From contig CM082577.2 of the NCBI GenBank assembly GCA_040954595.2, positions 11,627,654 through 11,691,653 of the forward strand: DNA of 64,000 nucleotides, written 5' to 3'. The notes under the pieces were generated by a model. The model was not told the origin of the DNA and did no database searches. It saw nothing but the letters and a program-made list of their open reading frames with translations. The translations under genes were made by a program, and so were the position numbers. This DNA is from Balanoglossus misakiensis (Eukaryota > Animalia > Hemichordata). Positions 13,130-27,800 of the stretch are shown one piece after another (the first letter of the stretch is position 1; each line of letters starts with the position of its first letter).

Positions 13130-13477
13130 CTGTGCCAACAAACCAAACTGCAGACTGATCAAGCCCACCAAATTGGCAAAATCAGCAAAGAAATCCTCTA
13201 CCTAATTAACAAGAAAATATTAAACAACAACTACCACAGTCAACCAATGGAAACACACTTCAACATCGGAACAGAAATCTGCCGAATGTTCATAAACAAT
13301 GGACTCAAAATCACTCTAGAATCTAACAAGCAAGTTGGCAATTTCCTGGTCGTCACATTCTACCAAACCAGGCACCACACTCCAATATGTTCACCGCGAA
13401 TGCAACCACCATATCGGCACTACAAAAATATACCAGCCAGAATCAACAAGCGACTCTCACAACTATCATCCGAACAA
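13130..13477 (+). pseudogene. Second copy of the Penelope-like RT fragment
   Basis: ORF 13103-13528 contains IGKISKEILYLINKKI...FINNGLKITLESNKQVGNFLVVTF...INKRLSQLSS. Confidence 0.7.
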
Positions 13478-15640
13478 GGCCCTAACCCTAACCCTAACCC
13501 CAAATGCAAATTTGTTGACCTTCACTAGTCAACAGTGATAGATGTCAAATGGCAACATCGCTCGTGAGTGTATAAGTAATATACTTTTGTGTAACACATT
13601 CGCAGACGGGACTACCCGAATCAATTCAAACAGCAAGGCACAGGGTTCTTAGACTCAGTGGGGCACACATCTCTGTCTCTGAAACCATGCTTTCAAACTT
13701 GCAGACAACAAACACACAACATACGTTCGGGCGGCTTTCGTCATTTGCAGGTACGTTTCACATAGTAAAGGGATCACGCGATCGGAATATTCTATTTAGA
13801 ATGAAAGATTAGATTGACTGCCTGCCTAAAACTGACAACTGGTTGCTCTATTTACCTATTTATACACAGAAAAATAAAAGCTGACCCGTTTCAAATGAAA
13901 ATGGGTGAAATGCAATCAATTTAGTTTGCGTGACTGAAATGCCATCTGTTCTGCTATTGTACACGAGAGAAACAAAGACATGCATACAAATAGACTGTCA
14001 GAGAAACATACAGACAGATAGACAAACGGGCAGAGACATACGGAGACAAAGGGACAGACAGAACGAGAACACTTGTGATTGATACCATGTATGTTCACAT
14101 GGCACTTTCCAGTGCTTTGGAATTGGATACGTCATCAATAGAAATACATGCCAAACTCGGCATGCACAAACCACGCAGGTTCATAATCCTCTAATCACCA
14201 AGATGTTGGGGGGGGGGATTGAAACCGCTTCAGCTGAGAAAGTATTGGTCAACACACTGAACAAAATTGTTTAGAAAGATGTGATGTGTATAATCTATCT
14301 CTCTATCTTTCTATCTGTCTGTGTCTGTCGATACATATATCAATCTATACATCGAACTATCGATCGATTCCTTTAGCGTAGCGCAGCCAGCGGTGGGATT
14401 GGGGCAGGGGACCAGACTATCAGGAGCTCTTCCTGTGAGGTCAAATGATGAAAACGCGGTGGGTTGTGGGATAGCTCGAGGCTAACCGTACTGGATGGGC
14501 ATTCGCGGAATACTATATACGCTAGCAATCGTATATGATCGCTTTTTACAAATTTTGCATTTTAAGTCACTAGAACATGAATACTGTTTTTACGACAATA
14601 ACGTACATCCCAGATATAAGTCAAGTACAGGTGATAAACAGGGAAACCCAGAGAGACCAACTGTTCCTATGGTACGAGAGGACAGAATGGTCAACAAATC
14701 AACCAGATAGCACACTACATAACTGGTTGTTATAATAAAGTTGCATTTTAATTAGTTACTTTCTTCGAGATTTATTGCATCATTTTGGGCTCGTATCGTG
14801 CAACTACCGGTTGTTTTCAATAGTGTCTACTATAAATATTTTCTGCATTTTTCAAGGGTGCCTTTATACCACCTACATACATGACATCAAATGGTCCACC
14901 TTTTAATACAAACACGGTTACTCTTCTTCTAGTAACCGTGATACAAATGCCCTGAAATAAGCATTGTCTCTTTACGTATGAGCTTTGTCTTTCCTTCCAT
15001 TGTCTATTGTATGTGCGGAGGTGTGAATCTTCTGAAACAATGAGCATAGACGCGCTCACATGTCAGATCCTATCTGCATATTCTTTTAGATCGCACAACC
15101 TTACAACCATTTTTCTTCTTCTAAATTCTTCACGACTTTTGAAACATCAATTACCTCATTGTGCCGGGAAATTAAAATACCATGTTTAACAGGCATAAAC
15201 AAATATCGCTGTTCAGCTAATACATGGGAGTCCGTCTCACCGTAGCACACTCGTTACAGGGAGTACTTTTCATGCTCCATTTCAATTGGAAACGGATCGG
15301 GTGACCCCAATTTTGAGTTGATTCTAATTAGGGTACCTATGTGTGCATTCCAAGATAGCTGTGTCCTCTTGTGATTGGCGGATGAATATACGGGTGCGGC
15401 TCCCATAATGCACCTATATACGTAGTGGGGCTGTAATCAGTGGACAGTTGGAAAGATCAACCGGTCAGGTTTGTTTCAAGTTGTACTGAACTTGATTCTT
15501 TAACGATTCTTTAATTGTCAAGGCATCGATCGATACAATTGGACTAAAACTAACAAATGCAAATTCCGAAATTCAATCATTTGGTTGGAATTTCTAAACA
15601 TAATATACGGTCCATACGTACATCCAATATTCGCTATTTT

Positions 15641-18594
15641 TACGGGCCCAAGCCAAGCCAGGCTTGGGCCCGTATTGGTTTCGTTGGAATTTTTAGGGCC
15701 CAAGCGCATACCAGCGCTTGGGCCCTATTGGTTTCGTTGGGGTTTTTCTTTCTTCTTTCTTTCTTTATTCTTGTGTCAATTCTTTGTCGCTCTAGATCTC
15801 AGACACCGCTGCAGGTACACTTCTGAAACTTGCTACAGTGGTCAAGGTCAATGAGTAGTCGTGCATTGAACCTGTGAATTTTTAATTAGTCACGTGACCT
15901 GTCGGCCATATTGGATTTTCTGAAAAAATGCAAATCTCAGATCTCAGAAACTACAAGTCAGATCGACTTCAAATTTGGTGTGCAGGTAGTCTACCTTCTA
16001 CCCATCATTTTTGTAATTGGATATTTTGCTGTAAATGTTGCAGTTTTTTTGCTACAATTTTTTTTCTGAAATCTGGCTTAAATTTCAAAAATCTTCTTCT
16101 CCAGAACCGGTGATAACTGAGTCACGCGGTTTGGGGTATGTGGTCACCTAACTGATGTCTATCAAGTTTGCGAAGATCATTGTGATTGGTCGAAGATTAT
16201 GGCGGCCATATTGGATTTTCGAAAAACCATAGTAAAACTTCAAAAATCTTCTTCTCAAGAACGGGCGATAACCGAGTCACAAGATTTGGTGTGTGTGGTC
16301 ATTAAACAGGTGTCTATCAAGTTTGCGAAGGGGAATGTGATTGGTCGAAGATTATGGCGGCCATATTGGATTTTGTGAAAAACGATTAAAAAGTAAAAAT
16401 TCCTTTTCTAGCCTAAAAATTGATAGCACAGAAATTCTTTTTATGGATATGAATCATCATATGACAAGAATAAGCTATAAATATTTTGGTAATTTTGGCA
16501 ATGACCTTTGACCTACTTTTGACGCATCATTTTTCTGCATATCTAATTCCAGGCTTACCAATAGGGCTATAAGTTTGGTTTTTGATGTATGTGGATTTGT
16601 ATGTGATCAAAAAATGTTGCTACTTTTCATGACCCCTTTGACCTCTGGTGACCTCATTAAATATGCACATACCTAATTAATGATGAACCAATAGACCTAG
16701 AGGTTTTGTTTTTGTTATACATGGACCAGTATGGGGTCAAAATATTTTGCCCAAATGTTGGGTGACCTCGGGTGACCTTTGACCTACTTTTGCATATCTC
16801 GACATCCACAGCAGATACAACCTTGGCGTTTGGAGGTATGGGGCCATAATGAAAAGCCAAAGTTTTGGGTCACCTTGACACCTGCTTAACTCATTATTTA
16901 TGTGCATACCTAATTCCGGGCTAACCAAAAGGGCTAGAGGTCTGGTTTTTGTTGGACATGGACCACTATGGATCAAAATTTTCTGCCCAAATTGTGGGTG
17001 ACCTCTGGGTGACCTTTGACCTACTTAACACTATATCAACACCAAACATAGATATAACCTTGATATTTCATGGGATAAAACACAGCATTATGTTTCTACT
17101 CATTAATTATGTGCATATCTAATAATCTGATCAGATAATAGAGCTTGGGCCCGGACAATGCTGCTTGCAGCTTTAATTCTTTCTTTCTTTCTTTATTCTT
17201 GTGTCAATTCTTTGACCCACGAGATCTCAGACACCGCTGCAGGTACACTTATGAAACTTGCTACAGTGGTCAAGGTCAATGAGTAGTCGTGCATTGAACC
17301 CTTGAATTTTTAATTAGTCACGTGACCTGGCGGCCATCTTGGATTTTCTGAAAAAATACAAATCTCAGATCTCAGAAACTACAAGTCAGATCGACTTCAA
17401 ATTTGGCGTGCTGGTAGACTACCTACTGCCCATCATTTTTGTAATTGGAAATTATGCTGACAAAGTTGCAGTTTTTTGCTACAATTTTTTTTCTGAAATC
17501 TGGCTTAAATTTCAAAAATCTTCTTCTCCAGAACCGGTGATAACCAAGACACAAGGTTTGGTGTATGTGGTCACCTAACTGATGCCTATCAAGTTTGCGA
17601 AGATCATTGTGATTGGTCGAAGATTTTGGCGGCCATATTGGATTTTCGAAAAACCCTAGTAAAATTTCAAAAATCTTCTTTTCAAGAACCGGCGATAACC
17701 GAGTCACAAGATTTGGTGTGTGTGGTCATTAAACATATGTCTATCAAGTTTGCTAAGAAGAATGTGATTGGTCGAAGATTATGGCGGCCATATTGGATTT
17801 TGTGAAAAACGATTAAAAAGTAAAAATTCCCTTTCTAGCCTAAAAATTGATAGCACAGAAATTCTTTTCATGGATATGAATCATCATATGACAAGAATAA
17901 GCTATAAATATTTTGGTAATTTTGGCAATGACCTTTGACCTACTTTTGACGAATCATTTTTCTGCATATCTAATTCCAGGCTAACCAATAGGGCTATAAG
18001 TCTGGTTTTTGATGTATGTGGATTTGTATGTGATCAAAAAATATTGCTACTTTTCATGACCCCTTTGACCTCTGGTGACCTCATTAAATATACGCATACC
18101 TAATTAATGATGAACCAATAGACCTAGAGGTTTTGTTTTTGTTATACATGGACCAGTATGGGGTCAAAATATTTTGCCCAAATTTTGGGTGACCTCGGGT
18201 GACCTTTGACCTACTTTTGCATATCTCGACATCCACAGCAGATACAGCCTTGGTGTTTGGAGGTATGGGGCCATAATGAAAAGCCAAAGTTTTGGGTCAC
18301 CTGTGACACCTGTTTAACTCATTATTTATGTGCATACCTAATTCCGGGCTAACCAAAAGGGCTAGAGGTCTGGTTTTTGTTGGACATGGACCACTATGGG
18401 TCAAAATTTTCTGTCAAAATTGTGGGTGACCTCTGACCTACTTAACACTATATCAACACCAAACATAGATATAACCTTGATATTTCATGGGATAAAACAC
18501 AGCATTATGTTTCTACTCATTAATTATATGCATATCTAATAATCAGATCAGATAATAGAGCTTGGGCCCGGACAATGCTGCTTGCAGCTTTAAT
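15641..18594 (+). mobile_element. Two nested Helentron-associated (HINE/DINE-1-like) non-autonomous elements, ~1.48 kb each
   Basis: 5' subTIR+IR hairpin GGGCCCAAGC...GCTTGGGCCC, (CTTT)n microsatellite, internal tandem repeats, 3' subTIR GCTTGGGCCC plus stem-loop GCTGC-TT-GCAGC, T-rich junctions, no TSD. Heads at 15641 and 15694; tails at 17177 and 18594. Confidence 0.8.
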
Positions 18595-18998
18595 GTTCAC
18601 TTCCTATCGTCCATGGAGCTACACCACAGTTATACTTGTAGCTCCATGCTATGGCCGAACCACGGAGCTAGCTCCATGGCCGTACTATTAGCATGAAGCT
18701 TTCGGTCACAAGTGTCCGGCATGACTGTCCCATCTCCCAACAGTTTGGCTATGAATCTGATCTGAATTGTTGTTTTTGGTTGTCGTGGAGATGAATCGTC
18801 GTACTTTTACACATTTTACAAGATTTTAGTGCATCACTTATTCAAGAAAAGAGAAAATAAATTTGTGTAAATCCGCAAAAAAGCAATTGTGACATGTGCG
18901 TTGAACATCACGATAGACTTACATGCATATTTACCAGTGCTGAAATAGACCTTGGTGGCTCCATGAATAGACACAGGAAATCCTAGTACTACGTTAAT

Positions 18999-21829
18999 TA
19001 CGGGCCCAAGCCAAGCCAGGCTTGGGCCCGTATTGGTTTCGCTGGGGTTTTTAGGGCCCAAGCGCAAGCCAGCGCTTGGGCCCTATTGGTTTCGTTGGGG
19101 TTTTTCTTTCTTCTTTCTTTATTCTTGTGTCAATTCTTTGTCGCTCTAGATCTCAGACACCACTGCAGGTACACTTCTGAAACTTGCTACAGTGGTCAAG
19201 GTCAATGAGTAGTCGTGCATTGAACCCATGAATTTTTAATTAGTCACATGACCTGGCGGCCATCTTGGATTTTCTGAAAAAATGCAAATCTCAGATCTCA
19301 GAAACTACAAGTCAGATCGACTTCAAATTTGGCGTGCAGGTAGACTACCTTCTGGCAAACATTTTTGTAATTGGAAATTATGCTGTCAATGTTGCAGTTT
19401 TTTTGCTACAGTTGTTTTTCTGAAATCTGGTCAAAATTTCAAAAATCTTCTTCTCCAGAACCGGCGATAACCGAGTCACGCGGTTTGGGGTATGTGGTCA
19501 CCAAATTGAGGTCTATCAAGTTTGCGAAGATCATTGTGATTGGTCGAAGATTTTGGCGGCCATATTGGATTTTCGAAAAACCCTAGTAAAATTTCAAAAA
19601 TCTTCTTCTCAAGAACCGGCGATAACTGAGTCACAAGATTTGGTGTGTGTGGTCATTAAACAGATGTCTATCAAGTTTGCGAAGGGGATTGTGATTGGTC
19701 GAAGATTATGGCGGCCATATTGGATTTTGTGAAAAACGATTAAAAAGAAAAAATTCCCTTTCTAGCCTAAAAACTGATAGCACAGAAATTCTTTTTATGG
19801 ATATGAATCATCATATGACAAGAATAAGCTATAAATATTTTGGTAATTTTGGCAATGACCTTTGACCTACTTTTGACGCATCATTTTTCTGCATATCTAA
19901 TTCCAGGCTAACCAATAGGGCTAGATGTTTGGTTTTTGATGCATGTGGATTAGTGTGTGATTAAAATATTTTGCTACATTCCATGACCCCTTTTACCTCA
20001 GCTGCCCTCATTAATTATGTGCATAGCTAATTACGGGCGAACCAATAGAGCTAGAGGTTTGGTTTTTGTTGGACATGGACAAGTATGGGGTCAAAATATT
20101 TTGCCCAAATGTTGGGTGACCTCGGGTGACCTTTGACCTACTTTTGCATATCTCGACATCCACAGCAGATACAGCCTTGGCATTTGGAGGCATAGGGCCA
20201 TAATTAAAAGCCAAAGTTTTGGGTCACCTGTGACACCTGCTTAACTCATTAGTTATGTGCATACCTAATTCCAGGCTAACCAAAAGGGCTAGAGGTCTGT
20301 CTTTTGTTGAACATGGACCACTATGGGTCAAAATTTTCTGCCAAAATTGTGGGTGACCCCTGGGTGACCTTTGACCTACTTAAGACTATATCAGCACCAA
20401 ACAGATATAACCATGATATTTCATGTGATAAAACACAGCATTATGTTTCTACTCATTAATAATGTGCATATCTAATAATCAGATCAGATAATAGAGCTTG
20501 GGCCCGGACAATGCTGCTTGCAGCTTTAATTCTGTCTTTCTTTCTTTCTTTATTCTTGGTTCCATTCTTTATCGCTCTAGATCTCAGACACCGCTGCAGA
20601 TACAGTTCTCAAACTATCTACAGTGGTCAAGGTCAATGAGTAGATGTGCAGTGACTTGTGAATACTTAATTAGTCACGTGACATGGCGGCCATCTTGGAT
20701 TTTCTGAAAAAATGCAAATCTCAGATCTCAGAAACTACAAGTCAGATCGACTTCAAATTTGGCATGCTGGTAGACTACCTTCTGCCCATCATTTTTGTAA
20801 TTGGAAATTATGCTGACAAAGTTGCAGTTTTTTTGCTACAGTTGTTTTTCTGAAATCTGGCCTAAATTTCAAAAATCTTCTTCTCCAGAACCGGTGATAA
20901 CCGAGACACGGGGTTTGGGTTATGTGGTCACCTAACTGATGTCTATCAAGTTTGCGAAGATCATTGTGATTGGTCCAAGATTATGGCGGCCATATTGGAT
21001 TTTCGAAAAACCCTAGTAAAATTTGAAAAATCTTCTACTCAAGAACCGGCGATAACCGAGTCACAAGATTTGGTGTGTGTGTTCATTAAACAGATGTCTA
21101 TCAAGTTTGCAAAGAGGAATGTGATTGGTCGAAGATTATGGCGGCCATATTGGATTTTGTGAAAAACGATTAAAAAGTAAAAATGCCCTTTCTAGCCTAA
21201 AAATTGATAGCACAGAAATTCTTTTTATGGATATGAATCATCATATGACAAGAATAAGCTATAAATATTTTGGTAATTTTGGCAATGACCTTTGACCTAC
21301 TTTTGATGCATCATTTTTCTGCATATCTAATTCCAGGCTAACCAATAGGGCTATAAGTTTGGTTTTTGATGTATGTGGATTTGTATGTGATCAAAACATT
21401 TTGCTACTTTTCATGACCCCTTTGACCTCTGGTGACCTCATTAAATATGCGCATACCTAATTAATGATGAACCAATAGACCTAGAGGTTTTGTTTTTGTT
21501 ATACATAGACCAGTATGGGGTCAAAATATTTTGCCCAAATGTTGGGTGACCTCGGGTGACCTTTGACCTACTTAACACTATATTAGCATCAGATCAGATA
21601 ATAGAGCTTGGGCCCGGACAATGCTGCTTGCAGCTTTAATTGTTTTTTTTTTTTTATTAGGGCCCAAGCGCATACCAGCGCTTGGGCCCTATTGGTTTCG
21701 TTGGGGTTTTTTAGGGCCCAAGCGCATACCAGCGCTTGGGCCCTATTGGTTTCGTTGGGGTTTTTCTGTCTTTACGGGCCCAAGCCAAGCCAGGCTTGGG
21801 CCCGTATTGGTTTCGCTGGGGTTTTTCTG

Positions 21830-21861
<32 letters not shown>

Positions 21862-24800
21862 TATTCTTGGTTCCATTCTTTATCGCTCTAGATCTCAGAC
21901 ACCACTGCAGGTACAGTTCTCAAACTTGCTACAGTTGTCAAGGTTAATGAGTAGATGTGCAGTGACTTGTGAATACTTAATTAGTCACATGACATGGCGG
22001 CCATATTGGATTTTCTGAAAAAATGCAAATCTCAGATCTCAGAAACTACAAGTCAGAGCGACTTCAAATTTGGCATGCTGGTAGACTACCTTCTGCCCGT
22101 CATTTTTGTAATTGGAAATTATGCTGACAAAGTTGCAGTTTTTTTGCTACAATTTTTTTTCTGAAATCTGGCTTAAATTTCAAAAATCTTCTTCTCCAGA
22201 ACCGGTGATAACCGAGACACGGGGTTTGGGGTATGTGGTCACCTAACTGATGTCTATCAAGTTTGCGAAGATCATTGTGATTGGTCCAAGATTATGGCGG
22301 CCATATTGGATTTTCGAAAAACCCTAGTAAAATTTCAAAAATCTTCTTCTCAAGAACCGGCGATAACCGAGTCACAAGATTTGGTGTGTGTGGTTATTAA
22401 ACAGATGTCTATCAAGTTTGCGAAGTTCAATGTGATTGGTCGAAGATTATGGCGGCCATATTGGATTTTGTGAAAAACGATTAAAAAGTAAAAATTCCCT
22501 TTCTAGCCTAAAAATTGATAGCACAGAAATTCTTTTAATGGATATGAATCATCATATGACTACAATGTGCTATAAATATTTTGGTAATTTTGGCAATGAC
22601 CTTTGACCTACTTTTGACGCATCATTTTTCTGCATATCTAATTCCAGGCTAACCAATAGGGCTATAAGTTTGGTTTTTGATGTATGTGGATTTGTATGTG
22701 AACAAAAATTTTTGCTACTTTTCATGACCCCTTTGACCTCTGCTGACCTCATTAAATATGCGCATACCTAATTACAGATTAACCAATAGACCTAGAGGTT
22801 TGGGTTTTTTTGGACATGGATCAGTATGGGGTCAAAATATTTTGCCCAAATGTTGGGTGACCTCGGGTGACCTTTGACCTACTTTTGCATATCTCGGCAT
22901 CTAAAGCAGGTACAGCCTTGGCATTTGGAGATATGGGGCCATAATGAAAAGCCAAAGTTTTGGGTCACCTGTGACCTCTGCTGACCTCATTATTTATGTG
23001 CATACCTAATTCTAGGCTAACCAAAAGGGCTAGAGGTCTGGTTTTTGTTGGACATGGACCACTGTGGGTCAAAATATTCTGCCCAATTTGTGGGTGACCC
23101 CTGGTTGACCTTTGACCTACTTAACACTATATCAGCACCAAACATAGATATAACCTTGATATTTTATGGGATAAAACACAGCATTATGTTTCTACTCATT
23201 AATTATGTGCATATCTAATAATCAGGTCAGATAATAGAGCTTGGGCCCGGACAATGCTGCTTGCAGCTTTAATTAGGGCCCAAGCCAAGCCAGGCTTGGG
23301 CCCTATTGGTTTCGTTGGTATTTTTCAGTCTTTCTTTCTTTAGGGCCCAAGCGCATACCAGCGCTTGGGCCCTATTGGTTTCGTTGGGGTTTTTCTGTCT
23401 TTCCTTCTTTCTTCTTTCTTTCTTTCTTTCTTTATTCTTGTGTCAATTCTTTGTCGCTCTAGATCTCAGACACCGCTGCAGGTACACTTCTGAAACTTGC
23501 TACAGTGGTCAAGGTCAATGAGTAGTCGTGCATTGAACCTGTGAATTTTTAATTAGTCACGTGACCTGGCGGCCATCTTGGATTTTCTAAAAAAATGCAA
23601 ATCTCAGATCTCAGAAACTACAAGTCAGATCAACTTCAAATTTGGCATGCTGGTAGACTACCTTCTGCCCATCATTTTTGTAATTGGAAATTATGCTGAC
23701 AATGTTGCAGTTTTTTTGCTACAATTTTTTTTCTGAAATCTGGCTTAAATTTCAAAAATCTTCTTCTCCAGAACCAGCGATAACCGAGTCACGCCGTTTG
23801 GGGTATGTGGTCACCTAACAGATGTCTATCAAGTTTGCGAAGATCATTGTGATTGGTCGAAGATTATGGCGGCCATATTGGATTTTCGAAAAACCCTAGT
23901 AAAATTTCAAAAATCTTCTTCTCGAGAACCGGCGATAACCGAATCACAAGATTTGGTGTGTGTGGTCATTAAACAGATGTCTATCAAGTTTGCGAAGGGG
24001 AATGTGATTGGTCGAAGATTATGGCGGCCATATTGGATTTTGTGAAAAACGATTAAAAAGTAAAAATTCCCTTTCTAGCCTAAAAATTGATAGCACAGAA
24101 ATTCTTTTTATGGATATGAATCATCATATGCCAAGAATAAGCTATAAATATTTTGGTAATTTTGGCAATGACCTTTGACCTACTTTTGACGCATCATTTT
24201 TCTGCATATCTAATTCCAGGCTAACCTTTAAGGCTATCATTTTGGTTTTTGATGTATGTGGATTCGTATGTGATCAAAAAATTTTGCTACTTTTCATGAC
24301 CCCTTTGACCTCTGCTGACCTCATTAAATATGCACATACCTAATTACAGATGAACCAATAGACCTAGAGGTTTAGTTTTTGTTATACATGGACAAGTATG
24401 GGGTCAAAATATTTTGCCCAAATGTTGGGTGACCTCGGGTGACCTTTGACCTACTTAACACTATATCAGCATCAGATCAGATAATAGAGCTTGGGCCCGG
24501 ACAATGCTGCTTGCAGCTTTAATTCTTTCTTTCTTTCTTTATTCTTATGTCAATTCTTTGTCGCTCTAGATCTCAGACACCACTGCAGGTACAGTTTTCA
24601 AACTTGCTACAGTGGTCAAGGTCAATGAGTAGTCGTGCATTGAACCCATGAATTTTTAATTAGTCACGTGACCTGGCGGCCATATTGGATTTTCTGAAAA
24701 AATGCAAATCTCAGATCTCAGAAACTACAAGTCAGATCGACTTCAAATTTGGCGTGCAGGTAGACTACCTTCTGTCAATCATTTTTGTAATAGGAAATTA

Positions 24801-27800
24801 TGCTGACAAAGTTGCAGTTTTTTTGCTACAATTTTTTTTCTGAAATCTGGCTTAAATTTCAAAAATCTTCTTCTCCAGAACCGGTGATAACCGAGACACG
24901 GGGTTTGGGGTATGTGGTCACCTAACTGATGTCTATCAAGTTTGCGAAGATCATTATGATTGGTCGAAGATTACGGTGGCCATATTGGATTTTTGAAAAA
25001 CCCTAGTAAAATTTCAAAAATCTTCTTCTCAAGAACCGGCGATAACCGAGTCACAAGATTTGGTGTGTGTGGTCATTAAACAGATGTCTAACAAGTTTGC
25101 GAAGGGGATTGTGATTGGTCGAAGATTATGGCGGCCATATTGGATTTTGTGAAAAACGATTAAAAAGAAAAAATTCCCTTTCTAGCCTAAAAATTGATAG
25201 CACAGAAATTCTTTTTATGGATATGAATCATCATATGCCAAGAATAAGCTATAAATATTTTGGTAATTTTGGCAATGACCTTTGACCTACTTTTGACGCA
25301 TCATTTTTCTGCATATCTAATTCCAGGCTAACCAATAGGGCTATAAGTTTGGTTTTTGATGTATGTGGATTTGTATGTGATCAAAAAATGTTGCTACTTT
25401 TCATTACCCCTTTGACCTCTGCTGACCTCATTAAATATGCACATACCTAATTACAGGTGAACCAATAGACCTAGAGGTTTTGTTTTTGTTATACATGGAC
25501 CAGTATGGGGTAAAACTATTTTGCCCAAATGTTGGGTGACCTCGGGTAACCTTTGACCTACTTTTGCATATCTGGACATCCACAGCAGATACAGCCTTGG
25601 CGTTTGGAGGTATGGGGCCATAATGGAAAGCCAAAGTTTTGGGTCACCTGTGACACCTGCTTAACTCATTATTTATGTGTATACCTAATTCTGGGCTAAC
25701 CAAAAGGGCTAGAGATCTGGTTTTTGTTGGACATGGACCACTATGGGTCACAATTTTCTGCCCAAATTGTGGGTGATCTCTGGGTGACCTTTGACCTACT
25801 TAACACTATATCAACACCAAGCATAGATATAACCTTGATATTTCATGGGATAAAACACAGCATTATGTTTCTACTCATTAATTATGTGCATATCTAATAA
25901 TCTGATCAGATAATAGAGCTTGGGCCCGGACAATGCTGCTTGCAGCTTTAATTCTTTCTTTCTTCTTTCTTTATTCTTCTGTCATTTCTTTGTCGCTCTA
26001 GATCTCAGACACCACTGCAGGTACAGTTCTCAAACTTGCTACAGTGGTCAAGGTCAATGAGTACTCGTGCATTGAACCCATGAATTTTTAATTAGTCACA
26101 TGACCTGGTGGCCATCTTGGATTTTCTGAAAAAATGCAAATCTCAGATCTCAGAAACTACAAGTCAGATCGACTTCAAATTTGGCGTGCAGGTAGACTAC
26201 CTTCTGTCAAACATTTTTGTAATTGGAAATTATGCTGTCAATGTTGCAGTTTTTTTGCTACAATTTTTTTTCTGAAATCTGGCTTAAATTTCAAAAATCT
26301 TCTTCTCTAGAACCGGTGATAACCGAGACACGGGGTTTGGGGTATGTGGTCACCTAACTGATGTCTATCAAGTTTGCGAAGATCATTGTGATTGGTCGAA
26401 GATTATGGCGGCCATATTGGATTTTCGAAAAACCCTAGTAAAATTTCAAAAATCTTCTTCTCGAGAACCGGTGATAACCGAGTCACAAGATTTTGTGTGT
26501 GTGGTCATTCCCCAGATGTCTATCAAGTTTGCGAAGAGGAATGTGATTGGTCGAAGATTATGGCGGCCATATTGGATTTTGTGAAAAACGATTAAAAAGT
26601 AAAAATTCCCTTTCTAGCCTAAAAATTTATAGCACAGAAATTCTTTTTATGGATATGGATCATCATATGACTACAATATGCTATAAATATTTTGGTAATT
26701 TTGGCAATGACCTTTGACCTACTTTTGACGCATCATTTTTCTGCATATCTAATTCCAGGCTAACCAATAGGGCTATAAGTTTGGTTTTTGATGTATGTGG
26801 ATAAGTGTGTGATCAAAATTTTTTGCTACTTTTCACGACCCCTTTGACCCCTGCTGACCTCATTAATTATGTGCATAGCTAATTACAGACGAACCAATAG
26901 ACCTAGAGGTTTTGTTTTTGTTGGACAGGACTAGTATGGGGTCAAAAAATTTTACCCAAATGTTGGGTGACCTCTGGTGACCTTTGACCTACTTTTGCAA
27001 ATATAAGCATCCACAGCAGATACAGACTTGGCGTTTGGAGGTATGGGGCCATAATGAAAAGCCAAAGTTGTGGGTCACCTGTGACACCTGCTTAACTCAT
27101 TATTTATGTGCATACTTAATTCCGGGCTAACCAAAAGTGCTATAGGTCTGGTTTTTGTTGGACATGGACCACTATGGGTCAAAATTTTCTGCCCAAATTA
27201 TGGGTGACCTCTGGGTGACCTTTGACCTACTTAACACTTTATCAGCACTAAACATAGATATAACCATGATATTTCATGGGATAAAACACAGCATTATGTT
27301 TCTACTCATTAATTATGTGCATATCTAATAATCAGATCAGATAATAGAGCTTGGGCCCGGACAATGCTGCTTGCAGCTTTAATCTTTCTTTCTTTCTTTA
27401 TTCTTCTGTCATTTCTTTGTCGCTCTAGATCTCAGACACCACTGCAGGTACAGTTCTCAAACTTGCTACAGTGGTCAAGGTCAATGAGTAGTCGTGCATT
27501 GAACCCATGAATTTTTAATTAGTCACATGACCTGGCGGCCATCTTGGATTTTCTGAAAAAATGCAAATCTCAGATCTCAGAAACTACAAGTCAGATCGAC
27601 TTCAAATTTGGCGTGCAGGTAGACTACCTTCTGTCAAACATTTTTGTAATTGGAAATTATGCTGTCAATGTTGCAGTTTTTTTTCTAAAATTTTTTTTCT
27701 GAAATCTGGCTTAAATTTCAAAAATCTTCTTCTCCAGAACCGGTGATAACCGAGACACGGGGTTTGGGGTATGTTGTCACCTAACTGATGTCTATCAAGT

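Larger units (their letters stand above)
9270..13477. repeat. Segmental duplication, copy B
   Basis: Colinear with copy A at 2985-6815, apart from the indels listed there. Confidence 0.9.
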
